NCBI GenBank assembly: GCA_001595915.1
Contig: LSSG01000053.1
Span: 3,416 to 67,415 of the forward strand
Source: Thermoplasmatales archaeon SG8-52-3
GTDB lineage: Archaea > Thermoplasmatota > E2 > DHVEG-1
Length of the DNA: 64,000 bases
Direction: 5' to 3'
Below, one piece after another: positions 37,989 through 47,110 of this stretch (position 1 is its first letter; each line of letters begins with the position of its first letter). The notes under the pieces are model-generated. The model did not search any database, was not told where the DNA came from, and saw only the letters and a program-made list of their open reading frames with translations. The translations under genes and the position numbers were made by a program.

Positions 37989-38852
37989 TCAATCCTCATA
38001 GTAATGTATAAAGATATCTTCTAAACTGAAATCACTGATTACTAAATCTTGAATTGTATATTTCGAAAATTTCTTTATCCAAGAATCAATATCATTTATT
38101 GCAATAAATTCTATCCAACCATCCTTTACTTTCATATCTTTAGGTCCTGCAAATGTTTCTGGTTTTTCCTTTATTTTTAATCTGATTTTCTTTCCTCTTT
38201 TGCTTTTTAGTGTCTCAACATCTTCAAGAGCAATTAAATTACCATCTCTTATTATTCCAACTCTATCACATACTCTATCAACTTCACCTAATATATGAGA
38301 TGATAGAAACATTGTTTTACCACGTTTTTTTTGTTTTATTAAAAAGTCATAAAATTTTTGTTGTAAAAGAGGATCTAAACCAGAAGTCGGTTCATCCATT
38401 ATCACCATTTCTGGATCATCCATAAATGCCTGAATAATTCCTATTTTTTGTTTCATCCCTTTTGAGTAACCCTTTAATTTTCTATCTAAAGGTACATCAA
38501 ATATTACCAATAATTCATTAAGTAATGTCATTTCTCTATTTCTTAAAGCAGCAAAATAATTCAAAAACTCTTTTCCAGTCATATGGCTATAAATATTCAA
38601 ATCTCCTGGAATATAAGCAACCTCTCTTTTAATTTCAACAATGTCATCTTCAATATTTCTACCAAAAATTGTTGCTGATCCTCTAGTAGGGGTTAAATAA
38701 CCTAAAAGTGTTCGAATCGTTGTTGTTTTACCAGCACCATTAGGACCTAAAAATCCAAATATTTCACCTTTTTTAACAGATAAAGTGAGGTCTTCAACAC
38801 CCTTAATTTTACCATAGTATTTTGTTAAGTTATTTGTTTCAATAACATTCAA
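37989..38852 (-). CDS. ABC transporter ATP-binding protein
   Basis: GPNGAGKTT, YSKGMKQK, MDEPTSGLDP, SSH. Confidence 0.95.
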   Translation of the reverse strand: MNVIETNNLTKYYGKIKGVEDLTLSVKKGEIFGFLGPNGAGKTTTIRTLLGYLTPTRGSATIFGRNIEDDIVEIKREVAYIPGDLNIYSHMTGKEFLNYFAALRNREMTLLNELLVIFDVPLDRKLKGYSKGMKQKIGIIQAFMDDPEMVIMDEPTSGLDPLLQQKFYDFLIKQKKRGKTMFLSSHILGEVDRVCDRVGIIRDGNLIALEDVETLKSKRGKKIRLKIKEKPETFAGPKDMKVKDGWIEFIAINDIDSWIKKFSKYTIQDLVISDFSLEDIFIHYYED

Positions 38853-38905
38853 AGTGCATCCACAAAATTTACAATATAATAACTATATATAAATATATTT
38901 AAAAA

Positions 38906-39277
38906 TCACATTGCAATCATATCTTTTACATTAGATATAAGTTGATCAATGTCAAAGGGTTTTATTATATAATCAAATATTAATGATTGAAGTCCCTTCA
39001 TTTTTTCATTATCTGGTGAACCATTTGCTGTTATTATAGATATAACTACATTCTTGTTTAAACCTCTTTTTAATATCTCTTCAATTGTATCCCAACCGTC
39101 CATAAATGGCATCATTATATCCATTAGAATAATTCCTTTAAAACCTCTTTCGAGTTCCTTAATACAGTCCATTCCACTATCAACAGTAAAAACCTCAAAA
39201 CCCTCTATTTCAAATATTTTTCTAATAGCAATTAGTATATCTGGGTCATCGTCTACTACCATTATCCTTTTATCCAT
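38906..39277 (-). CDS. Stand-alone response regulator receiver
   Basis: MVVDDD, LMDIMMPxMDG, ITA, KPF. Confidence 0.95.
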   Translation of the reverse strand: MDKRIMVVDDDPDILIAIRKIFEIEGFEVFTVDSGMDCIKELERGFKGIILMDIMMPFMDGWDTIEEILKRGLNKNVVISIITANGSPDNEKMKGLQSLIFDYIIKPFDIDQLISNVKDMIAM

Positions 39278-39381
39278 CTATTTATCACCCTATTAATTTT
39301 TTATTACTATCATGTTATACTTTTTTTAATCTATTATAAGAACTTATCGTGTTAAAATGTCAAAATGAAAATTGTTTGTAT

Positions 39382-40131
39382 CTAGAATAATATTTTATAA
39401 AGAATATTACAAAGATTACCTATTTGTTCTGGTGTTAAATCTTCAACTCTTTTATCCAAATAAGGTATATTATTTCTATTTAATTTATAAAGCTCTTTTA
39501 AAATATTTTTTATCTTTTTTCGTCTATGATTAAAAAGATTTTTTGTAATATGAAAAAAGAAATCTTCATTATACTGAATAAAAGGTGGAACTTTTCTTCT
39601 AATCATTTTTACAGTACATGAATCGACCTTTGGCTGTGGTTTAAAACAGGTTTTAGGAATTATTTCAAGAATCTCACATTTTGCTTTATAATATACATTT
39701 ACAGATAAACGAGAATATTCTTTTGTTCCATAATTTGCTACCATTCTATATGCAAATTCCTTTTGATAAATTAGAATTGCCAGATCAAAGTTATATTCAA
39801 GGAATTTAAAAGTAATAGGAGAAGATATTTGAAAAGGAAGGTTTGAAACAATTTTATTGAATTTAGGTAAAGTTTCAAAATCTAATTTTAAAACATCATT
39901 ATGAATTAATTTTACATTATCTGATAATTTACCAGTTAGGTTTCTTACAATTTTTTCATCAATTTCAATTGTAATTACTTCTTTTGCTTTATCAGCAAGA
40001 AGTTTTGTTAAAATACCTTTTCCAGGCCCAACTTCTAAAACGACATCATCTTTAGTAATATTTGCATAACCTACTTCTCTTTCCGCAACATTTCTATCAA
40101 TTAAAAAATTCTGACCTAGACTTTTTTTCAT
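39382..40131 (-). CDS. rsmA: 16S rRNA adenine dimethyltransferase
   Basis: LGQNFL, LEVGPGxG, SNLPFQIS, PQPKVDS. Confidence 0.95.
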   Translation of the reverse strand: MKKSLGQNFLIDRNVAEREVGYANITKDDVVLEVGPGKGILTKLLADKAKEVITIEIDEKIVRNLTGKLSDNVKLIHNDVLKLDFETLPKFNKIVSNLPFQISSPITFKFLEYNFDLAILIYQKEFAYRMVANYGTKEYSRLSVNVYYKAKCEILEIIPKTCFKPQPKVDSCTVKMIRRKVPPFIQYNEDFFFHITKNLFNHRRKKIKNILKELYKLNRNNIPYLDKRVEDLTPEQIGNLCNILYKILF

Positions 40132-40138
40132 ATTTTAA

Positions 40139-40708
40139 TCAATGAAAACCATGAGTAATTGGCGGACGTGTAAATAATCTGTATTTTTGATTTGGGTCAG
40201 TTAATTCAAGTTCAATTCTTTTTGCTATAAGCTTATCAGGTGCTCTTAAAAAATCAATTCGCTCACACATTTCTTCAAAGCTTGTAAAAGGTTTTTTCTT
40301 TCTTTCATCAAGAATATCATGCATCATTTTTTTACCAAGACCCGGTAAAAGCTCAAGGACATGAAATCTTGTTGATATTGCTGGGGATTCATTAAAAAAC
40401 TTAAGGAAACGCTCTTTTTGATTATGGACTATGTCAATAATAATGTAAGGCATTTCTCCATGAGCCGTAGATGTCATATCCTCATAATTTACTCTACCTT
40501 TAATCTTAGTAATCTTTTTTCTACTTTCAGGATTTTTACCAACATATATTCTTTCACCAATAGTAAATGATGCATCTTTCTTTGGGACTAACTCAAGTAA
40601 TGTAAACTGATTTTCACCAATACCATAAACCAGAGGTTGTCTTTTATGTGGGGGTAAGTCACCTCTACCTTTTGGCAGGTAATCAAGTATATATACATAA
40701 TCTTCCAA
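40139..40708 (-). CDS. DUF655 family RNA-binding protein
   Basis: ILDYLPxG, FTLLE, HxLELLPGxGKK; conserved position between rpoF and rsmA. Confidence 0.92.
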   Translation of the reverse strand: MEDYVYILDYLPKGRGDLPPHKRQPLVYGIGENQFTLLELVPKKDASFTIGERIYVGKNPESRKKITKIKGRVNYEDMTSTAHGEMPYIIIDIVHNQKERFLKFFNESPAISTRFHVLELLPGLGKKMMHDILDERKKKPFTSFEEMCERIDFLRAPDKLIAKRIELELTDPNQKYRLFTRPPITHGFH

Positions 40709-40725
40709 GAATCCTACCCCCTATA

Positions 40726-41067
40726 TCACTCGGTATAATATTTTTTAACAAGTTCAAGTATCTTTTTAATCTCACCCTCACCGAATGTGATTCTCTCTTT
40801 TGCAAAAATCGTTTTTAAATCTTCTTCAGTTTGTGGAAGCAAATCAGCTAATTTATAAACATGTATTTCTTCTAAAAATTCAAATTTTGATAATTCTTTT
40901 ATTAAATCCTCAATTTTTTTTATAGGCAATTTGGCAAATTTTTGAGCATGTTCGAGTGCTATTTTTTGTTCATATAACAATTCATCTCTTTCTTTCTCAA
41001 TCTTCTTTAAAATACTTTTAACCTCAGAAATTGATACGGGCTTAACTACACTATCATCAGGTGTCAT
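40726..41067 (-). CDS. rpoF: RNA polymerase subunit Rpo4 (F)
   Basis: ELLYEQxxALEHAxKF, KLADLLP; synteny. Confidence 0.92.
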   Translation of the reverse strand: MTPDDSVVKPVSISEVKSILKKIEKERDELLYEQKIALEHAQKFAKLPIKKIEDLIKELSKFEFLEEIHVYKLADLLPQTEEDLKTIFAKERITFGEGEIKKILELVKKYYTE

Positions 41068-41360
41068 TATTGCACTCTCCTAAGATGTTCCGATCTAATT
41101 ATTAACACCTTATGTTTTTTACCATCATTAATTCCAACCAAATATGAATCTCCTTGCTTACCCTCTATTTTTCCTGTATACCCCTGAAAACGAATATGAG
41201 GCATTCCTTTATGAATGGATGAATCAATTACTATGTTTACTGCTTCTCCTTCTTCAAAGTGTTGTAAAGCTCTTGTAATAGAGTGTATTCCTCTTTCTCT
41301 TGGTTTTTTTCTTAGTATTTTTCTACTTTTACTTCTTATTCCCTTTGAACGTTTTACCAA
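41067..41360 (-). CDS. rpl21e: 50S ribosomal protein eL21
   Basis: SKGxRxxSR, HKGMPHxRFQGxTG, EHL. Confidence 0.96.
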   Translation of the reverse strand: MVKRSKGIRSKSRKILRKKPRERGIHSITRALQHFEEGEAVNIVIDSSIHKGMPHIRFQGYTGKIEGKQGDSYLVGINDGKKHKVLIIRSEHLRRVQ

Positions 41361-41363
41361 TTC

Positions 41364-42593
41364 TTATTCCCCCTTAATACTAATTACGTCGAGCTCAATT
41401 ACTTGACAGGGAATGCCAATTATATCACTGAGATTAGGCTGAGTTTTACCTTCATCACCTGATATAAGCTCCTTTATATAGGTTCCTGATTCTGCTTCTA
41501 TTATTAATGTTGCTATATCACCATCTATCGATTCAATTTTACAATCATATATATGCTTCTCTCTAACCATTTTAGCTCGTCTGTGAGCAACTCTAGATGG
41601 CGTAAATTGGCCTATCTTTTTACCACATAATGATAAAGCTGCCTTTTTAAGTTTTTCGTTATTTAAAATTTTTGAACTTTTTAAGACAACACGATAGATT
41701 TTTCTAAAATTAGACTGTTTTAATCTATTTATCTCATCCTTATTTGAGTATCGAAGATTACTGATTTCAACAATATCTTTATTTTTTTTATTGATTTCTT
41801 TTTCTAGTTGTTTTAAATCAAAAGTTCTTTTTTTCGGATTTTTAATTTCCAAGACAAAGGGTCGACCTGTTCCAAGCATCCTAGCGTCAACATCTTCTCT
41901 TCCACATCCATGTAGAGCTTCATCTTCACCATCTGTAACATCTAATAATTTCTTAGCAATTAATTCCTCAACACTTGTTTTGTACAATTTTCCAGAGTAA
42001 TTACATTTTTTACAACCCTTTCCTAAGCATATTTTACAGAACCATCTTGTTTGAGGGATATTACGTCTAAATTTTTTATATTTACCATAAAGATATAAAG
42101 AACTAATCTGTAAATAGATTATATCAAAGGAAGTATCTAAAATTATCATCAAATTGGGTTTTTCAAAATTTACCTCTTTATTTAATTTTATTTCTAAAAT
42201 TTTTCCAATTTCTCTATTTAATTCATTCTTAATAGATTCTGAAAATTCTGAACCTGAATAATCAATTATTTCCTGTTCTTTATCTAATATCTCTTCATCA
42301 ACTTTTGATCCTACTAAAAAAGTTTCAAATTCAAAAATTATTAACGAGTCATAAATTAATTTTGAAAAATGATTTACTTCATCTATTAAACCATCACATA
42401 ACCAACAATTTTTAGATTTAATTTTTGTTTTAATTTTCAGATTTTCCCTTAATATTTTTCCTCTTTTATTATTGGTTAAACCATGATTAATTTTAGCAAA
42501 AAATCTACCAAAACAATTATCACATAAACAATAATTTGAAACAATTTTATCAGCAATTTTAAGGATTTCTTTATCTTTTAAATTATAATTCAT
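41364..42593 (-). CDS. pus10: tRNA pseudouridine(54/55) synthase Pus10
   Basis: CxxC Zn motifs, RNIPQTRW, HGCGREDVDARMLG, GTYIKELISGD. Confidence 0.95.
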   Translation of the reverse strand: MNYNLKDKEILKIADKIVSNYCLCDNCFGRFFAKINHGLTNNKRGKILRENLKIKTKIKSKNCWLCDGLIDEVNHFSKLIYDSLIIFEFETFLVGSKVDEEILDKEQEIIDYSGSEFSESIKNELNREIGKILEIKLNKEVNFEKPNLMIILDTSFDIIYLQISSLYLYGKYKKFRRNIPQTRWFCKICLGKGCKKCNYSGKLYKTSVEELIAKKLLDVTDGEDEALHGCGREDVDARMLGTGRPFVLEIKNPKKRTFDLKQLEKEINKKNKDIVEISNLRYSNKDEINRLKQSNFRKIYRVVLKSSKILNNEKLKKAALSLCGKKIGQFTPSRVAHRRAKMVREKHIYDCKIESIDGDIATLIIEAESGTYIKELISGDEGKTQPNLSDIIGIPCQVIELDVISIKGE

Positions 42594-42644
42594 TCTCTAT
42601 CTTATAAAAAATGGTATTTTAAATATTTTTATCTAAAAAAATAC

Positions 42645-42800
42645 TTATTTTTCTATCCATAGTTTGTAAGTAAAATAAATCATTACTATAAAAATAATTA
42701 AAGAAACATACCAAATTGATCGATCAACAGCAGTAACGTAAGCTAAAGATAAAATAAATATCACTACTAAAAAAATTGTTATAAGATCTCTATATTTCAT
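42645..42800 (-). CDS. 51-aa two-TM microprotein (not in ORF track)
   Basis: MKYRDLITIFLVVIFILSLAYVTAVDRSIWYVSLIIFIVMIYFTYKLWIEK; SD AGGT. Confidence 0.6.
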   Translation of the reverse strand: MKYRDLITIFLVVIFILSLAYVTAVDRSIWYVSLIIFIVMIYFTYKLWIEK

Positions 42801-42906
42801 TTTTAAACCTACATATTGTATTTTGCTCGGAAATATAAAATATTTGATTTTGATAATGTTTTTAATAAACTATTATATTCAGTTTAAAACTTAAGGAGGC
42901 AAAAAG

Positions 42907-44202
42907 ATGGTGAAAGTAATTCCATTTAAAGGTGTAACATACAATTATGAAACAATAAAGAATCTAGATAATTTAATGTCTCCACCTTATGACATTATAT
43001 CAGAAAAAATGCAAACAGAATTATACAATAAACATCCCAAAAATTTTGTAAGACTTATTCTAGGAAAGCAAAATTCTGATGACAACGAAGAAAATAATAG
43101 ATATACAAGAGCAAAAGAATTACTGAATCAATGGTTTAAAGAATCAATATTAATTGAATCAAATAAACCATCAATATTCCCTTATAAAATTGAATATAAT
43201 ATTGATTCTAAGAAAAAAATAATGAATGGTTTTTTCATTCTTTTGAAACTAGACCCTGAATATAAAGAAGTAAGAGCGCATGAAAAAACTTTATCAAAAC
43301 CAAAAGAAGATAGACTGAATCTTATGAGGGCCTGTCATTCTAATCTAGAACCTATTCAATTATTATACATAGATGATGAAGATAAAATTAGAAAGTTAAT
43401 TGATGAATCATTATATGAACCTTTTATTAATGTTAAAGGTTATGATAATTTTAATCACAAACTCTGGAAGATAGATAATATTGAATTAATATCAAAAATT
43501 CAAAATGAACTAAAAGACAAAATATTGTTTATTGCTGATGGTCATCACAGATATCAAACAGCTATTAATTATTCAAATGAATTAAAGGATAAAAATAATG
43601 AAAATGCACCTTATAATTATCGCATGGTAATACTAGCAAATATGTTTGATTATGGTTTATCAATTCTTCCAACACATAGACTGATTAAAAAATCTGACAT
43701 TGATATTAAACTATTTTTAAATAATATAAAAGAATATTTTATCATAGAAGAAAAAAAAGTAAAAATTTTTGGTAATAATTTTAAAAAGATTAGTGAAAAA
43801 ATTATAAAAGATTTACAAACAAAAAAAGATCACAAATTTGCATTATACATAAAAGGCAGTTATTATATTTTAACATTAAAAGATGAAAGCTTTATGGATG
43901 ATTTTGCAAAAGATAAATCTAAAGTCTGGAGAACTCTTGATGTTTCAATATTACATAAAATAATTCTTGAACACTTTATGAATATAAATCAAAATAATAT
44001 TGAGGATTATATAAAATATACACGAATAGATGAAGAAGCGGTCAGATTTGTTGAGGAAGGATTATATGATTTTTCATTTTTAATGAACGCAACAAAAATT
44101 AATGAATTAAAAGCTGTTGCTGAAGCAGGTGAGCATATGCCTCAGAAGTCTACTTATTTTTTACCAAAGATGCTTTCAGGTCTGGTTTTTTACAAAATGT
44201 AA
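42907..44202 (+). CDS. DUF1015 family protein
   Basis: PPYDII, HEKT, IADGHHRY, ILPTHR, MPQKSTYFxPK. Confidence 0.92.
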   Translation: MVKVIPFKGVTYNYETIKNLDNLMSPPYDIISEKMQTELYNKHPKNFVRLILGKQNSDDNEENNRYTRAKELLNQWFKESILIESNKPSIFPYKIEYNIDSKKKIMNGFFILLKLDPEYKEVRAHEKTLSKPKEDRLNLMRACHSNLEPIQLLYIDDEDKIRKLIDESLYEPFINVKGYDNFNHKLWKIDNIELISKIQNELKDKILFIADGHHRYQTAINYSNELKDKNNENAPYNYRMVILANMFDYGLSILPTHRLIKKSDIDIKLFLNNIKEYFIIEEKKVKIFGNNFKKISEKIIKDLQTKKDHKFALYIKGSYYILTLKDESFMDDFAKDKSKVWRTLDVSILHKIILEHFMNINQNNIEDYIKYTRIDEEAVRFVEEGLYDFSFLMNATKINELKAVAEAGEHMPQKSTYFLPKMLSGLVFYKM

Positions 44203-44225
44203 TTTTTCATTTTGACATTATTATT

Positions 44226-44240
44226 CGAAAGTTATATAAA
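44226..44240 (+). promoter_or_regulatory. Consensus-like BRE-TATA promoter
   Basis: CGAAAG-TTATATAAA upstream of two tiny ORFs. Confidence 0.6.
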
Positions 44241-44319
44241 CTATAAAATACAAATATTATCATGATGTAGTTTATCTATATCTTGTTATGATTTATTATT
44301 ATAGAAAAGGGGAGATATA

Positions 44320-44379
44320 ATGTCAAAATATAAAAAATCAGAATTAATTTTTAAAAATAATAAGGTGGTGAATAAGTAA
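44320..44379 (+). CDS. Putative 19-aa peptide (MSKYKKSELIFKNNKVVNK)
   Basis: SD GGGGAG; the stop is directly followed by the next ATG. Confidence 0.3.
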   Translation: MSKYKKSELIFKNNKVVNK

Positions 44380-44487
44380 ATGTCTTCATTAGTCGTGGTA
44401 TTAATTGGCTTTGTAGCTGGATTATTAACCATGACTGTTGTAAGCTTATATAAATGGGTTTTAAATATTTGGAATAATGGTTTATAA
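44380..44487 (+). CDS. Putative 35-aa single-TM microprotein (MSSLVVVLIGFVAGLLTMTVVSLYKWVLNIWNNGL)
   Basis: SD GGTGGTGA; one hydrophobic helix. Confidence 0.5.
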   Translation: MSSLVVVLIGFVAGLLTMTVVSLYKWVLNIWNNGL

Positions 44488-44565
44488 AAGGTAAATTTAA
44501 TTTTTCATTAAAATAAAAAAATTAAAAAAAATAAAAGAGAGAAGAGAGATTTTTATCTCATTTAT

Positions 44566-44991
44566 TTATTTTGGCATTTTTGGGACATATTTTTCAATTT
44601 CTTCAGTTTTTCCTGCGTCCCAAATTGCTCTAATTGCTAATAGGGCTGCTGCTGGTGCTGCAAAGATTGCTATATAGCCTGTTAGGCTCTGGAAGAAATA
44701 AGCAAAATCTTGGTTTTGCACAAATCCCCAGGTTTCCCAATAGTTAGATGTTGCACCAATAACAACTAGTATCAATGCTCCTATCAAGAAAGTCGGTATT
44801 CTTTCATGGGTGATCTGTCCAACTGCAAAGAATGATAATACACCGACAATAAATCCAAGTACTCCTAGTATCATTGCAATATAGGCTTCAGTATCAGTAT
44901 ACCATCTTGCTCCAACGATAATTCCGGCTATTAAAGCGATAAGAACACCAAATAGAAACAACCAGCTACCTATTTTTCTGAATATTTCCAT
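44566..44991 (-). CDS. Four-TM hypothetical membrane protein (paralog of 58393-58818)
   Basis: Start MEIFRKIGSWLF after SD AGGAG; shares motifs with the paralog. Confidence 0.8.
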   Translation of the reverse strand: MEIFRKIGSWLFLFGVLIALIAGIIVGARWYTDTEAYIAMILGVLGFIVGVLSFFAVGQITHERIPTFLIGALILVVIGATSNYWETWGFVQNQDFAYFFQSLTGYIAIFAAPAAALLAIRAIWDAGKTEEIEKYVPKMPK

Positions 44992-45304
44992 TTTTCCATC
45001 CCTTCTCCTATATTTTGTAATACTGCTAAGATATTGATTCATATATAAGATTTTAGTGTAAATGAATATGTACATAGATATGCAAGTGTATAGTGGAACT
45101 ATATATAGTCTGATATATCTAAAAAATGCTATTTTATCAAAATGGATTCTTTACATATTGATAAAATTATATGATATTTTTAAATAGTACTATTGACAAA
45201 TATTAACACGATTAAATGCTACGCAAAGATGAGGAAATGTAGATGGATATGATAAAAAATTTTAATCATAAAATTCTCATAAATTAGATTGAAGTAACTA
45301 CCTT

Positions 45305-45359
45305 AGAGGGGGCTATGATTACTTTTTGATTCACCTCTTCTTGTATATCAGCCCCCTCT
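45305..45359. ncRNA. GC-clamped intergenic hairpin, sRNA candidate
   Basis: AGAGGGGGCT (45305-14) / AGCCCCCTCT (45350-59), a perfect 10-bp inverted repeat in AT-rich DNA. Confidence 0.4.
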
Positions 45360-45424
45360 TTTACCCCCTTAAAACTTTTAGGAAAGATTTAAGTCTAAAT
45401 CATCTATATAATCTGGGGTGTAAT

Positions 45425-45739
45425 ATGAAAACTATTATGGTTGTTGATGATGAAACAAGTGTTCTTGATGAAGTAAAATCTTGTTTAGAAAAGGAAGATT
45501 ATAAAGTTGTTGCTGTAGACAACAACCGAAAAGCATTTGAACTAATTGAGAAAGACAATGAAGATTATTATAGTCTAATATTAATTGATACCTCCCTTCC
45601 AGAAAGTAAGGTCCCTGCTTTTTTCTCAATGAAACCAAGTATTAAAAAAAATATTGATACTAGTAATCAAGAAAACTTTTTACAAAAACCTTTTACAAAA
45701 CAACAACTTATTGATTTTATCAAAAAAAAGATTGAATAA
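45425..45739 (+). CDS. Atypical short receiver-domain protein
   Basis: MKTIMVVDDE, LILIDTSLP, FLQKPF; SD GGGGTG before ATG 45425; 104 aa. Confidence 0.8.
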   Translation: MKTIMVVDDETSVLDEVKSCLEKEDYKVVAVDNNRKAFELIEKDNEDYYSLILIDTSLPESKVPAFFSMKPSIKKNIDTSNQENFLQKPFTKQQLIDFIKKKIE

Positions 45740-45743
45740 TAAC

Positions 45744-46307
45744 TCAAATAAATTTTTCAATAATTTTAAAATCTTCAAATAAAATTTCTTTTAATTTATT
45801 ATTATAAATTACTGCTGCAGGATGATAAATTGGAATAATTTTTAAATTGTTTTTTGAATAAATCTTCCCATGAATTCTATTGATTTTTTGAAATGGAAAT
45901 TTGAATTTATTAAAAATATATGAAATTGAAATTCTACCTAAGGGAATTATAAGATTTGGTTTGATTATATCTATTTGTTTATCTATATATTCACTACAGC
46001 TTTTAATCTCCTTTTTTAAAGGATTTCTATTTTTTGGAGGTCTACATTTTAGAATATTAGAAATGTAAATATCATTTCTATCTAGACCAATAGATACTAA
46101 ACAGTCATCAAATATTTTACCAGCTCTACCAACGAAAGGTTTGCCATAGATATCTTCATTTTTTCCTGGTGCTTCACCAATAAACATAATTTTTGAATTT
46201 AAGGATCCTTCTCCAAAAACATAATTATTTTTTGTTTTATGTAAACTACATCTATCACATTTTAAAACAAAATATTTTAAATTATCCAAGTATTCAATTT
46301 TTGACAT
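45744..46307 (-). CDS. Uracil-DNA glycosylase family 4
   Basis: CxxCxL, GEAPG, PFVGRAG, KCRPPxNRxP, YHPAA. Confidence 0.95.
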   Translation of the reverse strand: MSKIEYLDNLKYFVLKCDRCSLHKTKNNYVFGEGSLNSKIMFIGEAPGKNEDIYGKPFVGRAGKIFDDCLVSIGLDRNDIYISNILKCRPPKNRNPLKKEIKSCSEYIDKQIDIIKPNLIIPLGRISISYIFNKFKFPFQKINRIHGKIYSKNNLKIIPIYHPAAVIYNNKLKEILFEDFKIIEKFI

Positions 46308-46381
46308 TTAACTTTTGAAATTATGTTCATGTTTATATGGATTAAGATTATTTGCAAATAAAAATTAAAGAGAAGAGTAAT

Positions 46382-46804
46382 ATGCAAAGTAAAGAGGAAA
46401 ATGATTTTATTTTTATTAGACTTTTTGAAGATGAAGAAATTTTAGAAAAGATAAAAAGTGCATGCAAAAATCATAATGTAAGAACAGCTATTGTACTATC
46501 TGGAATAGGACAACTAAAACAAACTAAACTTGGTTATTTTATAAAAAAGGAAAATTATAGTCCAGAATCTTTTGATAAACCACTTGAACTATTATCATTA
46601 TCAGGAAATATTAGCAAACAAAAAAATGATTATTTTTTACATATCCATACAGTTTTAGGTGATGAAAAAAAGAAAGCATTTGGAGGTCATTTAATAGAAG
46701 GGAAAATCAGTATAACTGCTGAAATTGTTTTATTGAAAATACCGATAAATTTAAAAAGAAGGCTTGATGAAAAAACAGGTTTAAGAGCGTTATATTTAGA
46801 GTAA
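46382..46804 (+). CDS. PPC/DUF296 domain protein
   Basis: SGIG, ELLSLSGN, HIH, GGHL. Confidence 0.9.
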   Translation: MQSKEENDFIFIRLFEDEEILEKIKSACKNHNVRTAIVLSGIGQLKQTKLGYFIKKENYSPESFDKPLELLSLSGNISKQKNDYFLHIHTVLGDEKKKAFGGHLIEGKISITAEIVLLKIPINLKRRLDEKTGLRALYLE

Positions 46805-46844
46805 AACTATTTTAAGAAATAATTTATTACCAAGTTTAGAACAG

Positions 46845-47105
46845 GTGGGAATGGATATGGAAAAATTAACAAAAATCAGTGAGAAAATTAAAATCCTAAA
46901 AGATGCACGAAACATATTACATGAAGAATATTCTAAAACTGAATTTCATAAAAAAAAGGAAGCACATCCGCATGAAACAATACCACCAGCTCCAGAAGAT
47001 GAAGGAATCTACAAACTATTGACAGCAATTCAACAACTTGATGTTCATATAAAAAAACTCCAGGATATTCAATTTAAAATATTAAAAGAAAAAGAAAACG
47101 AATAA
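46845..47105 (+). CDS. Hypothetical helical protein
   Basis: 86-aa ORF, coiled-coil-like, SD-like AGGTGG near the start. Confidence 0.65.
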   Translation: MGMDMEKLTKISEKIKILKDARNILHEEYSKTEFHKKKEAHPHETIPPAPEDEGIYKLLTAIQQLDVHIKKLQDIQFKILKEKENE

Positions 47106-47110
47106 CCATT

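Noticed and set aside
45243..45287. 14-codon ORF MDMIKNFNHKILIN after GAGG
   Set aside because: Too short, with no supporting feature beyond a weak SD
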